64,000 nt of DNA from an uncultured Fibrobacteria bacterium. GTDB taxonomy: Bacteria; Fibrobacterota; Fibrobacteria; UBA11236. The stretch lies in assembly GCA_963716395.1 (NCBI GenBank), contig OY970309.1, forward strand, positions 1,664,001 to 1,728,000, read 5' to 3'. Shown here in pieces: positions 1 through 9,269 of the stretch (its first letter is position 1; each line of letters starts with the position of its first letter). The translations under genes were made by a program, and so were the position numbers. The notes beneath the pieces were generated by a model. It searched no databases. It saw nothing but the letters and a program-made list of their open reading frames with translations, and was not told where the DNA came from.

Positions 1-75
1 GGCAAGAATGTCCGGATTCGGAGCAAATGCTCCTGGCTTGAGAGCGACTGTATTACGGCTGTAAATGATGGACAT
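1..75 (-). CDS. Imm71/Imm72-type immunity protein paralogue, 5' end only (runs off the window edge)
   Basis: Minus-strand ATG at 75 reads MSIIYSRNTVALKPGAFAPNPDILA, aligning with MTINFENRESPLKQGAFAPNRQTLA of the 945-1841 protein. It lies directly downstream of the orphan toxin tip and is not in the ORF track. Confidence 0.75.
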   Translation of the reverse strand, partial: MSIIYSRNTVALKPGAFAPNPDILA

Positions 76-112
76 TTTACCCTCGGGGCATTATTTGTTT
101 TTTGACAGGCGT

Positions 113-718
113 TCAATGTTTTGTTTCCAATTCCAACGGTTCAAGATGTTCGGCCTCGGGATGCGACGGAGGAATATTGACTTGCATGTAATCTTGCCAA
201 TTGGTCGGAGTCTGCCTGCGTTTCAAGACTTCATCGAGAGCGTCTTTATTATTCGGATTGCGAAAGTCGATTAAAAGTTGGGTGCCGCCTCCTGGCAAAG
301 ATTGGCCAAAAGCCAAATTTTGATCTCCGTTTTCCAATTTTGCGTCTCTATCGATTTGGCTAGATGCTTTACCTTCCCAAGCCCAAAGCTCGGTTCCTTC
401 AGGAACCTCGAATTCGAGATAATATCCATTCTTGCTGAATTTATTCAGTACCGCCAAATCCTTTCGCCAATCTTCTCCACTTGCAGGTAGATGGTATGTC
501 CACCATAAACCGTCATTGGGTTTTCCTTCCTGAATAACACGATAGACTTTTGTTCTTTCGGGTAATTTGACCGGACGTATGGGCCCGCTGAACGCTGCAA
601 TGGCCCAATAATCTTTGGGTTCCTCTTCTACTTCACGTTTCCAGGACCGGCCTGCAATTCCTACGAAAAGTGTTGAATCCCGGGGCCAAAAATCAACCTG
701 AAGCGGCGCTTTCCACAA
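113..718 (-). pseudogene. Orphan toxin C-terminal cassette, paralogous to the tip of 1885-3627, with no FIX/N-terminal part
   Basis: AFSGPI..RVIQEGKP..GLWWTYHLP.SGEDWRKDLAVLNKFSKNGYY..WEGKASSQID..GGGTQLLIDFRN aligns along its length with the C-terminal ~190 aa of 1885-3627. Homology fades near 650 and the GTG start is doubtful. Confidence 0.75.
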
Positions 719-816
719 GGGGGCGCGGGATCCTCCGGGAGATCGCTCAGGATGGTTCCACCCTCCGTCAGAATGCCTCCAATTGGGAACGACGGAAACA
801 CGACGCCGACCAGGCC

Positions 817-909
817 ACCCCGGACGCGCACCGCAATGCCATCAAATCTGCGGTGGTGCTCGAAGTTGAGAACGGCAAGTACGTATACAAGGAAACTATC
901 GCGCCTTGA
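817..909 (+). pseudogene. 3' remnant of a LivJ/LivK-like ABC substrate-binding protein gene
   Basis: DAHRNAIKSAVVLEVENGKYVYKETIAP* resembles the typical C-terminus of branched-chain amino-acid binding proteins. The upstream part of the 670-909 ORF does not. Confidence 0.5.
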
Positions 910-944
910 AACCAACTGAGCGCGGGTGATATTAAGCCGAGGCC

Positions 945-1841
945 CTAAGGCCCCGGAGCCACCGGCGGATCTTTGGGGAATTGCGTGTAGTCGTCGAGCA
1001 AATATTCCTGCTCTTCCAAAGGAATTTTCCCATCACGATATCGTGTGTCTTCCCACACCAATTCCCAGGTGCAGGGGAATTCGGCGGAGTTGTAATGCGT
1101 AAAGGTGACCCGTGATGAGCCGGGATTATCGGTATCGGTCCTAATTTCTTCAAACTTAGATACGGCAATATTCGCAGGTGGTGCCTTGCGACCTCGAGTG
1201 AAATAATTCGGACAGCCGCCTTTGATTTTAAGCGGTTCCCAAATTCCAGAAATTGGAATATCGTCACCATTGCGAATGCAAATGCCCTTGCGTAATGGGT
1301 ATCCACCGATGATATCTGGAAATTTAAACTTGGAATTATCAAGTAATGGATACCAAAGTTTTCCGCTTAAGGCGGACTCGATAGGAATAGTCATTTGCAA
1401 CGCGTTTTCCATCCAACACCAAAGGCCAATGGAAGTTGGGGCGTTTGGTTGATCAAAGTCCCCCTTCTTACCAAGGGGAGAGTAATCCATGTCTCCACCA
1501 AATCGGCCGTAGTAGAATAAATCGCGAAATCCAATGCCATTCAAAATTTTGAAATATCCGGAATGGTTACCTTTTTTTAATTCCATTAATCCAGTTTCGA
1601 GTTGGCCTAACGCGCCATGGCCTTCAGAAAGCGCCGTTAAGTAGGCTCCTGGTTCTGTTTGTTTCGCGACAAAGTCTTTAAATCCTGGCATAAAGTTTTG
1701 AACAAGTTCGATCATTCGTCCGATGTAGGTCACCGAGGTATTTCGTTTGTATAACCAAAAGGTTTTGGCCAATGTTTGGCGATTAGGTGCAAAGGCTCCT
1801 TGCTTAAGAGGGGATTCTCTATTCTCGAAGTTAATGGTCAT
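945..1841 (-). CDS. Imm71-Imm72 fused polymorphic-toxin immunity protein
   Basis: Motifs FWLYKRNTS, GDDIPISGIWEP, GCPNYF and WEDTRY (WxDxRY)..DGKIPLEEQEY. AT-rich and directly downstream of the toxin gene. Confidence 0.8.
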   Translation of the reverse strand: MTINFENRESPLKQGAFAPNRQTLAKTFWLYKRNTSVTYIGRMIELVQNFMPGFKDFVAKQTEPGAYLTALSEGHGALGQLETGLMELKKGNHSGYFKILNGIGFRDLFYYGRFGGDMDYSPLGKKGDFDQPNAPTSIGLWCWMENALQMTIPIESALSGKLWYPLLDNSKFKFPDIIGGYPLRKGICIRNGDDIPISGIWEPLKIKGGCPNYFTRGRKAPPANIAVSKFEEIRTDTDNPGSSRVTFTHYNSAEFPCTWELVWEDTRYRDGKIPLEEQEYLLDDYTQFPKDPPVAPGP

Positions 1842-1884
1842 TAGGATGTGCTCGATTTTTTTAGAAACCTTTAATAGAGAAGGT

Positions 1885-3627
1885 TCAATTTGTTTTCGTT
1901 TCGACTTCCTCTGGTGTTAATCGATCGGTCTCGGTATGCTTTTTGGGTATCCCGATATCATTAAAATTAGTCCAATTAGTTTCGTCGAGCTTTGAATTCT
2001 CAATATCAGTTTTCGCAAATACGTTATCTTCGTTTTTAAAATCAATAAAAAATTGTTTGCCTCCTCCTTTTAGTCGTTGCCTGTAGGAAGGATTCCGTTC
2101 CCCGTTTCTCAAAAAAGGTTCGGTGTCGATTTGGCTGGAGGCTTTGCCTTCCCAAGCAACCAGCTTTTTGCCTTTCGGAACTGTGTATTTAACATAGTAT
2201 CCATTATTGCTGAATCTGTTTAACACTGCGAGATCTTCTCGCCAGTCATTTCCGGAATCCGGGAGACGATAAGTCCACCATACCCCGGTTTTGGGCTTGC
2301 CTGCTTGGATAACCCGAATAATAGTGGTTCCCTCTCCCAGTTCTATTCCTTCAATAGGTCCACTGAAAGCTTCGATCAACTCATAATGTTCAACACCATT
2401 AACCATCTCTACTTTTTTTCTCAAATCCGGCCACCCTTCCTTATGGTGGTAATCCGACAGGCTGTTCTGCGGAAACGGCATTTTCTCCGCCAGCTTGGCT
2501 TCATCCGCCACTTCGACCAGGCGCGCCTCGGCCTCGCGCGTTTCGCTGGTGACCGCGGAACCTTTGGGCACGGGAATCCAATCGCCCTGGTAAACCTTGT
2601 TTTGCACGGAATGGAGCTTGGAGTTGATATCCTTGACCGCCTTCGGAATCATCTCTTCGCCTTTTTTGGCCAAGGCATCAAAGCCGTTGCGCAAATCCGC
2701 CAGGCGGTTGCACATGCCTTCGGTCATGAGCCCGCCCAGGCGTTTCAAGGCCGCGGCCAACACGCCGTCGAGGCGGTTCATTAAATCGCCCCAATGGGAC
2801 TTCAAGGGGCCGATGTATTTCTCAAAATCGAGTTCCTTGATCCATTTGCGGGCGTCCCCGATGCCCACGCGATTCAAGAACGCGATCAGTTCACCGATTT
2901 TGACAGACTCTTTGGCCGCGTCTTCGCCCACCCGCACCACCAATTTGCCCACGCCCTTGAGCACGCCGCCCAAAATCGGAATCAAGGCCAAAAGCATGAT
3001 CACCAGAATCACCCATTCGGCGACTTCTTCGCGTTTCTTGGGATCGTCAACCAAGCGGATTACCACCGCCAGCAGATCGCGCACGGCCGTGACATCGCCC
3101 ACCAGGGGTATCATGCCGATGACGGCATCAACCATAATTTGGCTGACGGTTTGCTTTTCGTTGAAGCCGCCTTGCAAGGTTCCCCACACCCAATGAAAGG
3201 CGTCGAGGGCGAAGCTTTCCCGTGCCGGCGGCGGCAGGGCGCCATCGGGTCGCGGGCCGGCTTGAGCCTGCGTCACCGTGTCGTTGGCGTCGGCCTCGGT
3301 GAACGATTCCAGATATTCGGGATTGGGCGTTTGATCGGCGCGCGTATACGCTCGGCTGTCGGCGCCGAAGCGCACGCGTTTCGGAGGTGAGGGCAAATTG
3401 ACGACGCGCGCCTCCCCGTTCTCGTCCAGCTTTCCCTGGATGACTTGGCCGTTTTCCAATTCGAGTTCGAAGGGCGCGTCGACCACCGGCGAATCGTCAT
3501 GGTACCGTCGGCGCAGAGTCACGGTCTGCGTCGCGATGTCGACATCGTAGCGTTGACCCGTGGGCGCGTCGATGAACTCGGATTGGCCGCTGGCGTTCGG
3601 GGTCCACTCCAATACGGGATCGCTCAT
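1885..3627 (-). CDS. FIX-domain polymorphic toxin (T6SS-effector-like): transthyretin-like domain, FIX, helical linker, toxin tip
   Basis: RYHDDSPVVDAPFELELENGQVIQGKLDENGEARV is the TTR-like module seen on VgrG extensions. WVWGTLQGGFNEKQTVSQIMVDAVIGMIPLVGDVTAVRDL is FIX-like. The C-terminal tip has RVIQ/WWT/GGGKQ, and an immunity gene follows. Confidence 0.8.
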   Translation of the reverse strand: MSDPVLEWTPNASGQSEFIDAPTGQRYDVDIATQTVTLRRRYHDDSPVVDAPFELELENGQVIQGKLDENGEARVVNLPSPPKRVRFGADSRAYTRADQTPNPEYLESFTEADANDTVTQAQAGPRPDGALPPPARESFALDAFHWVWGTLQGGFNEKQTVSQIMVDAVIGMIPLVGDVTAVRDLLAVVIRLVDDPKKREEVAEWVILVIMLLALIPILGGVLKGVGKLVVRVGEDAAKESVKIGELIAFLNRVGIGDARKWIKELDFEKYIGPLKSHWGDLMNRLDGVLAAALKRLGGLMTEGMCNRLADLRNGFDALAKKGEEMIPKAVKDINSKLHSVQNKVYQGDWIPVPKGSAVTSETREAEARLVEVADEAKLAEKMPFPQNSLSDYHHKEGWPDLRKKVEMVNGVEHYELIEAFSGPIEGIELGEGTTIIRVIQAGKPKTGVWWTYRLPDSGNDWREDLAVLNRFSNNGYYVKYTVPKGKKLVAWEGKASSQIDTEPFLRNGERNPSYRQRLKGGGKQFFIDFKNEDNVFAKTDIENSKLDETNWTNFNDIGIPKKHTETDRLTPEEVETKTN

Positions 3628-3658
3628 ATATTCAAAACCCGAACAAGGATCGCTGAGA

Positions 3659-4179
3659 TTACTTGGTTTTTACGGTGGACGTTAAATTGCTTTTTAAATA
3701 CTTCAACAAACTAATATTCGAATCAGATTTAATATCGGCGATTTTCCACTTTTCATGCATCCAAGCAAGTGTAAAAATGATGTTTTCTTTATGGTCGCAA
3801 TTCGTAAATCGGGCACCGCTTTCGATGCGAGTATTTTCAATGCGGTTGATTGAAACCGCCACATGAAATGTGTCGCACCAATCTTGGCAATTACAAATGA
3901 GATCAGCATCAAGAAGGCCGACTTCTCCATTCGCCAAACTGTCATCAAGACGGATCAATTTCAATAACTCGGGCGTGAAAAGGGTATCGGCGGCCTTGCC
4001 AAATAATTCGGCCCCGAGTCGGATGACGTAGTTGGAACGACGTTCGAATTATATCCCTTGTACAGATTCAAAATGAATGACTTCGCTGCCGCCGAATCTT
4101 GGCCAAAAATATTAGCGATCCAGAATAATCCTACTAAAACGGAAATCAATAATGAATTTGTTTTTGCCCCGGATTTCAT
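3659..4179 (-). pseudogene. DUF3828/YbjP-like exported protein (candidate peptidoglycan-effector immunity), split by a 1-nt frameshift
   Basis: ORF 3961-4179 has a signal peptide plus AAAKSFILNLYKGY; ORF 3659-3964 has LDADLICNCQD...WKIADI. Adding one G near 4000 fuses them as GPNYLGKAADTLFTPELLKLIRLDD (~173 aa). Confidence 0.7.
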
Positions 4180-4646
4180 TTGGCCAGTTTTAGAATTTTG
4201 GTTAAAGCAAATTGTTTCGAGATATTTTGAATCTGATTGTGAACCTTTATAGACGCTGAATCAGGAGTGAAATCGTCGAATTCCCAATTACTATCCAGCC
4301 CGAGGGCTTTTGCACATATTATCCGTTTCTCTGGAGTATAAACTAGGCAAGTATTTGGTTTCCCTTGCAAGGGTTCCAATTCCATTGTGAACCAGGTAAA
4401 CCCCTGCGAATGATCGAAGACGTTGAACGTGGTGTCACTTCCTCGAATAAGCGTATCGATCGATGCATCCTGATAAATGAGATAAACTTCGGTTGCATGT
4501 TGCATGTTTTGTTGCACATCGACGACGATTTTTTGAGGTTTCGGTTTTGTAAATTCGATGCTATCTACGATAGGTTTCGCAGCCTCCGACCTACAGCAGG
4601 CAAAGCCAAAACAAATCATAAAAAGGAGGCGGAAATTTAAATTCAT
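4176..4646 (-). CDS. Exported protein, candidate cognate immunity for the upstream lytic transglycosylase effector
   Basis: Signal/lipoprotein-like N-terminus (LLFMICFGFACC), AT-rich, with an ATGA overlap on the effector stop codon. Confidence 0.55.
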   Translation of the reverse strand: MNLNFRLLFMICFGFACCRSEAAKPIVDSIEFTKPKPQKIVVDVQQNMQHATEVYLIYQDASIDTLIRGSDTTFNVFDHSQGFTWFTMELEPLQGKPNTCLVYTPEKRIICAKALGLDSNWEFDDFTPDSASIKVHNQIQNISKQFALTKILKLAK

Positions 4647-6229
4647 TGATTTTTTCTCGCTAATATATGAGCAACATATTCCGCTATTTCTCGAAACTTA
4701 TCCTTTTTACCCCAACTTTCCGGGATGGCTTTGAAGAGAGGCGAGGTTTCGTTGGGCGTCTTAATTAGATCATCCCAAAGCGCCGCTTTTTTATTTGAAA
4801 ACTTATAGGCTTGCTGTATCGTGCCTTGGCCGGCGTTGTAGGCTGCGAGGTAAAACTTGGATTTTTCGTCCTCGTTTAATTCTTGATCATAATTGGAAAA
4901 CACATTTTGGTCGATTGCATTTTTCTTGAGGGAAAACTCTCTGGCCCCAGCTTGGATGGATTTTCCCGAATCAAACCGCTCGTCTCCAGCAAAGTCAAAG
5001 AACCAGTTCGACCCTATTTTCCTGGTATTGCCAACATGCAACCCCACTTCATGGATAGCGTCGCCTCCGATTTGTGTAAGACCCGCAAAGCCATGGTTGT
5101 TATGAGCTTTCGGATCAAAACCGCTTTCTTGGGCTATTAAGGATTTAAGAATGATGGGATCGATTCCATTTGCTTCTGCGGCAGACTTGATTTCATTGTT
5201 GTACTTGTTTTGGTCCGAAATATTTCGACCAAATCCTTGGTTCCAATTTGTCCAGACCGGATCTTCATTTTTCGGATTTGCCTGTCCTTCACCACCATTA
5301 TCGCTATCCGCATCATCATCGTCATCACCCCCATCGCCGGGCAACACCTGCGGCGCCAGCGGCTTTCCGTCGGTGCCGGTGGGTGTGAAGCCGGTCAGAC
5401 GCACGCGTCCGGCCTTGGGCTTGTCGACGCGCAAGATGCCGCTATCGGGGACGTCCGCGGTTTTTTTGGTGCCGTCGGGCAAAATCAGGGTTGCTTGGCC
5501 GCGTTGGCCGAAATCGAATTCCACCCAACTGTCATAAGGAATGGGAGCGGATTCGGCGGCCGCGCCCAGGCATTCGGCGCGCACCCGGAAATTCGGGACG
5601 GCATAGTCCTCGGCATTTTTGGCCAGGGTCCCCTTGCTTGCAAAAGTGCTTTCGTCGCCGGGATAGGTTCCCTGCCATTGCGCCGAGGCCTTGCCGTTAT
5701 TGACCAGGGCTTCAAGGCAGGCCAGGCGCGTGCGCGCGTGGTGGCGGTTTTCCACCACGATTTCAAAACGGCATACGGCCCCGTTGGGCGCACCCTGAAC
5801 CTTGGCTTCTACCGTATAGGTTTGCGCGGCTTCGACGTCTTTCAGCGCCTTGCCTTGCGCGTCCAAAAGGCGCACGTCGGAAATTTTCACCGCCGGCCCC
5901 ACCTTGACCTTGGGCCCCACGGCCTGGATCGCATGCGCCTTCAGTTCGGCTTCGAAATACATGCCGCCGGTTTTGTTGGGCTTGGTCACGGGATAAAGCG
6001 CGCGGAATAAATCGGAAACCACGTGCCCCTTCAGAGTTTCTACGACCTGGCCCTCGAGATCTTTGATGGTAACGTCGATTTCGGAGCCGTCGGCCACCCA
6101 ATGCGTCCACACTTCCAACGGGATTTTCCCGCCTTGGGCCACGGCGTCGCGGCCCCAACCCGTGCGCACAATCGAAGACGGCAGCTTGAGCTGCAAGACC
6201 TGATCGGTTTGGCCTTGGGTTTTGGGCAT
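4643..6229 (-). CDS. Repeated N-module, Ig-like domain, TTR-like domain and SLT lytic transglycosylase (candidate secreted antibacterial effector)
   Basis: AAEANGIDPIILKSLIAQESGFDPKA..GFAGLTQIG..LAAYNAGQG are SLT motifs. It has an acidic linker GDGGDDDDDADSD and no signal peptide; the N-terminal 112 aa are shared with 10443-11339 and 13506-14378. Confidence 0.85.
   Translation of the reverse strand: MPKTQGQTDQVLQLKLPSSIVRTGWGRDAVAQGGKIPLEVWTHWVADGSEIDVTIKDLEGQVVETLKGHVVSDLFRALYPVTKPNKTGGMYFEAELKAHAIQAVGPKVKVGPAVKISDVRLLDAQGKALKDVEAAQTYTVEAKVQGAPNGAVCRFEIVVENRHHARTRLACLEALVNNGKASAQWQGTYPGDESTFASKGTLAKNAEDYAVPNFRVRAECLGAAAESAPIPYDSWVEFDFGQRGQATLILPDGTKKTADVPDSGILRVDKPKAGRVRLTGFTPTGTDGKPLAPQVLPGDGGDDDDDADSDNGGEGQANPKNEDPVWTNWNQGFGRNISDQNKYNNEIKSAAEANGIDPIILKSLIAQESGFDPKAHNNHGFAGLTQIGGDAIHEVGLHVGNTRKIGSNWFFDFAGDERFDSGKSIQAGAREFSLKKNAIDQNVFSNYDQELNEDEKSKFYLAAYNAGQGTIQQAYKFSNKKAALWDDLIKTPNETSPLFKAIPESWGKKDKFREIAEYVAHILARKNQ
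5894..6229 (-). repeat. N-module copy 1 (MPKTQGQTDQVL..VGPKVKVGP)
   Basis: Near-identical DNA to 11004-11339 and strongly similar to 14043-14378. Confidence 0.95.
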
Positions 6230-6237
6230 GGGCCAAA

Positions 6238-6278
6238 ATTATAACCAGGGTGCGGGGCGGGTTGTGATCCCGGACACA
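6238..6278 (-). promoter_or_regulatory. CRP/FNR-like box plus -10 element, leaderless-type promoter, copy 1
   Basis: Minus strand reads TGTGT-CCGGGA-TCACA, 19 nt, TATAAT, 8 nt, ATG, with no Shine-Dalgarno. Confidence 0.7.
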
Positions 6279-6361
6279 AGGCTTGATGGCCGGAGCTTTA
6301 AGGATGAAGATTAGCTTTACAATCCGGGATTCACTGTGACGTTCGGGAAAGGTCGAAGCGA

Positions 6362-9259
6362 ATGGCGCCTTCCAAAGTTACTTCGGACGGAAAACGAAAA
6401 GTTGTCGGCCATGAACCCGGGGTCATCCTGTACCCGGCTTTGGGCAATCCGGAATTGGTTTCGGGTGATGATTCGCTTCATCTCATTCTCTGCCTGGCGG
6501 TCGAGCCCTCCAAGATGAAGGGAGAAGCCGGTCAAAAAATCCTAGCCGCCGGGTTGAAGTTCATGTCGCTGGAGTCCGCTGAAAATTTCAAATTGCAAAG
6601 GCTGGGCGCAAACGACTTCCACGGCGCCTTGAATCCGTCTCTCGTCAAATCAATCGAATCTCTCTCCGCATTTTTTTCCCAGGATCCCCCGGTTGTCGAT
6701 ATCGCGAAGAAAAGATGGCAGGCGATTTTTAAAACCTCCATCGTCCGCTATTTCTCTTCGGGAACCCTGCATGGCTACAGTGACGAGAGGTTGCAGAAGG
6801 CGGGGTTGCAAAACGCCTATCACGTCGAGATGGATGGCCCGGTCCTCCGAAATTGGCTGTCGGAAAACGCCGGGGAAGAGCTGGCACAACATTGTTTCGT
6901 CACCTGGATGAGTAAGCCGCCGGAGGAAGGGTTTCGCGAAATCGAAGAAGAGGCGGTGACCAATGGCCTGCGCGAGGTTCAGCTAGGCGGGAAAAACAAG
7001 TTCATCGGCGCCCGGGTGCGAAGCGCCTGCGATCACTTTGTGTTGGATAACGACGACACCTTGGTGGGGCCCGACGGCCCTCTGCGGGTGTTTGATATCT
7101 TCCAGTGGCAATTCAGCCTTTATCATCCTCTGGCCACCTTACACCCGGTCTTTTTTTATGATGACGACGTTTGCCTGAACGTGGGCTATATCAGCGATCT
7201 CCACGTCGTATCCCGTCTGGAAATTCTGCGACGTTCGGATTTTCAAATGGTGCCGGGCGTGCATCCCGACTATTCGCCGAAAGTATCCGACCTGATTTCC
7301 ACCACCGGCCGGGCCGTCAAAGAGCTTTTGGACAAGGCCGGAACGGCCGGCACAGCGGGCGATACGCAAGACGGTGAAGTGGACGTGCTCGTGGTGGGCG
7401 GTGACCTCATTGATTTTGCGCAAAGCAGCTTCCCCGGTGCGGATTCGCTGGCCGAGGTATTGCCCGCGCAAAAAGTCAGGGATTTGGTGAACGCCGACGA
7501 GAATTCCTTGGATCGGTTATACGACTACGGCGTTGATCTCATGGCCATTTACGAATTGATCGTCGATTTTTATCGCACCTACCAAAAGCCGGTGGTGATT
7601 CTATCCGGCAACCACGATGCCTACGATGCGCCTTTCGGTGTTTCGCCGCGGATTGTTTTAAAAAGTAAGATGGGGAATCCGGGAATTCCCGCCGATGCGA
7701 ATTTGACCGTGGCCGAAGCCTGTCTGCTCTACGGTGATAATTACGACAAGCATTTTTTCAGCATCGGGGATTTTAATGCGGATGTGATGGACTGCTTTTA
7801 CCTCGTTTTCACCCCGGTGCTTTCCTTCACGGCGAAGATGGGGAAAATGCAATGGATATCGCTGGGATGGGGCGACGATGAGAATATGTTCACCGAGGGT
7901 CCGTCCATCGGACATTTGCCCAACGCCAACGATTCGGTGTCGGCCAGCGAAAGCACCTTGATCGATCAGGCGGTGAAATATGCGCAGGACCATGGGGTGA
8001 CAGGTCTCATGGTTTCCCACTTTACCTGGGCCAGTTTCGACGATGCGTTGCGGCAAGACCCGAAGCGGGTCGGCTATTTCCCCTGGGGCAATCCTGCGGA
8101 TTTGCTGACACCCAACGACGTCACCAAATACAATCTCGGCACGTGCGAATTGAACCGGAAAAAGGTGTACGAGCATTTGTACAACGGTCGGATTCACGCT
8201 GCGATATCCGGCCATTCCCACCGCGCCGGCCTGTACCAGATCGACAGCTTGCATTACGTCGGCGACCGGGTTTCGGTGACGTCGCGCGGGATGGACGATT
8301 TTCAAGCAAAAAAAGATTCGGTCGACGCGCCTTACATCATTGTTTCCGACTCCTCCGGCCCCTTGCCGCGGGAAAACGTCGAACCCGTCGCGGTGCAGGA
8401 CGAAGACGGTTTTGCGGCCGGGGCCTTCAACGGATGGGGAAGCCATGCGCCGTCATTTACCAAACTCACCTTCGATTCCATGGGCGAACTGACCGATCTC
8501 CGCCGCGTGTGGACCACGCAGCCGAGAACCAAGCCGCGCCTGGCCGTGGCCATGGATTATTACGAGCTGGAAAATCAGCCTACGCTTGGAAACGACTTCT
8601 GGCTGAAAGACATCACCACGCTCAAACCCATCACCATGGACGGCGTCGATCAAATGAAACGGGATGCGAACGGCAAAATCCCTTTGCATCTCCATTGGTT
8701 CAAAGATCACATTCCCGCGTGGATCGGCGTGGCCTCGGCCACCTTGCATTTCCGGACCCATCCTCCCCGGGCGCCGGGTTTTTACACCTTCCGGATTTTC
8801 TATGCCGGCAATTCGTGGATTCTCGACGACCCGGACTTTACACTGCTGGATCTGCAAGATGATTTTTCCGTCACTGGATTTCTATCCATCATCTTGGGGA
8901 CCTACCATGACAAAACCGCCGGAAGTTCGGTGGACCGGTATAACATCTCCAGCCCATGGGTGGTGGCCGTAAACATCAAGGTTACGGCGGCGGCTCCCGG
9001 GTTTCTGGGTCTGACTACCAACGATTTCAAATTGAAAATTTCCCGAGTGTGGGATTTTGTCAAATACCCCGCGCAATCTGCTTATGTGAAACTCCTGCCG
9101 TCATCTGGCGGCGAGCCGGTTTCGACGCCGGAAGGGGGCGCCGATTCGCCCGGGCGAGGAGCAGGTGCGACACCTTCCAACGGGTCGCAGGGGGTCGGTG
9201 ACGACAGCGGTTCCCGCCCGGATCCCGGCTTCCAGATCAAAATTCCATTGCCGTTTTGA
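6362..9259 (+). CDS. Large calcineurin-like metallophosphoesterase protein (candidate effector)
   Basis: Metal-binding motifs SDLH, GGDLID, SGNHD and SGHSHR. No signal peptide; Gly/Ser/Pro-rich C-terminal tail. Confidence 0.8.
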   Translation: MAPSKVTSDGKRKVVGHEPGVILYPALGNPELVSGDDSLHLILCLAVEPSKMKGEAGQKILAAGLKFMSLESAENFKLQRLGANDFHGALNPSLVKSIESLSAFFSQDPPVVDIAKKRWQAIFKTSIVRYFSSGTLHGYSDERLQKAGLQNAYHVEMDGPVLRNWLSENAGEELAQHCFVTWMSKPPEEGFREIEEEAVTNGLREVQLGGKNKFIGARVRSACDHFVLDNDDTLVGPDGPLRVFDIFQWQFSLYHPLATLHPVFFYDDDVCLNVGYISDLHVVSRLEILRRSDFQMVPGVHPDYSPKVSDLISTTGRAVKELLDKAGTAGTAGDTQDGEVDVLVVGGDLIDFAQSSFPGADSLAEVLPAQKVRDLVNADENSLDRLYDYGVDLMAIYELIVDFYRTYQKPVVILSGNHDAYDAPFGVSPRIVLKSKMGNPGIPADANLTVAEACLLYGDNYDKHFFSIGDFNADVMDCFYLVFTPVLSFTAKMGKMQWISLGWGDDENMFTEGPSIGHLPNANDSVSASESTLIDQAVKYAQDHGVTGLMVSHFTWASFDDALRQDPKRVGYFPWGNPADLLTPNDVTKYNLGTCELNRKKVYEHLYNGRIHAAISGHSHRAGLYQIDSLHYVGDRVSVTSRGMDDFQAKKDSVDAPYIIVSDSSGPLPRENVEPVAVQDEDGFAAGAFNGWGSHAPSFTKLTFDSMGELTDLRRVWTTQPRTKPRLAVAMDYYELENQPTLGNDFWLKDITTLKPITMDGVDQMKRDANGKIPLHLHWFKDHIPAWIGVASATLHFRTHPPRAPGFYTFRIFYAGNSWILDDPDFTLLDLQDDFSVTGFLSIILGTYHDKTAGSSVDRYNISSPWVVAVNIKVTAAAPGFLGLTTNDFKLKISRVWDFVKYPAQSAYVKLLPSSGGEPVSTPEGGADSPGRGAGATPSNGSQGVGDDSGSRPDPGFQIKIPLPF

Positions 9260-9269
9260 ACCCGCGTCC

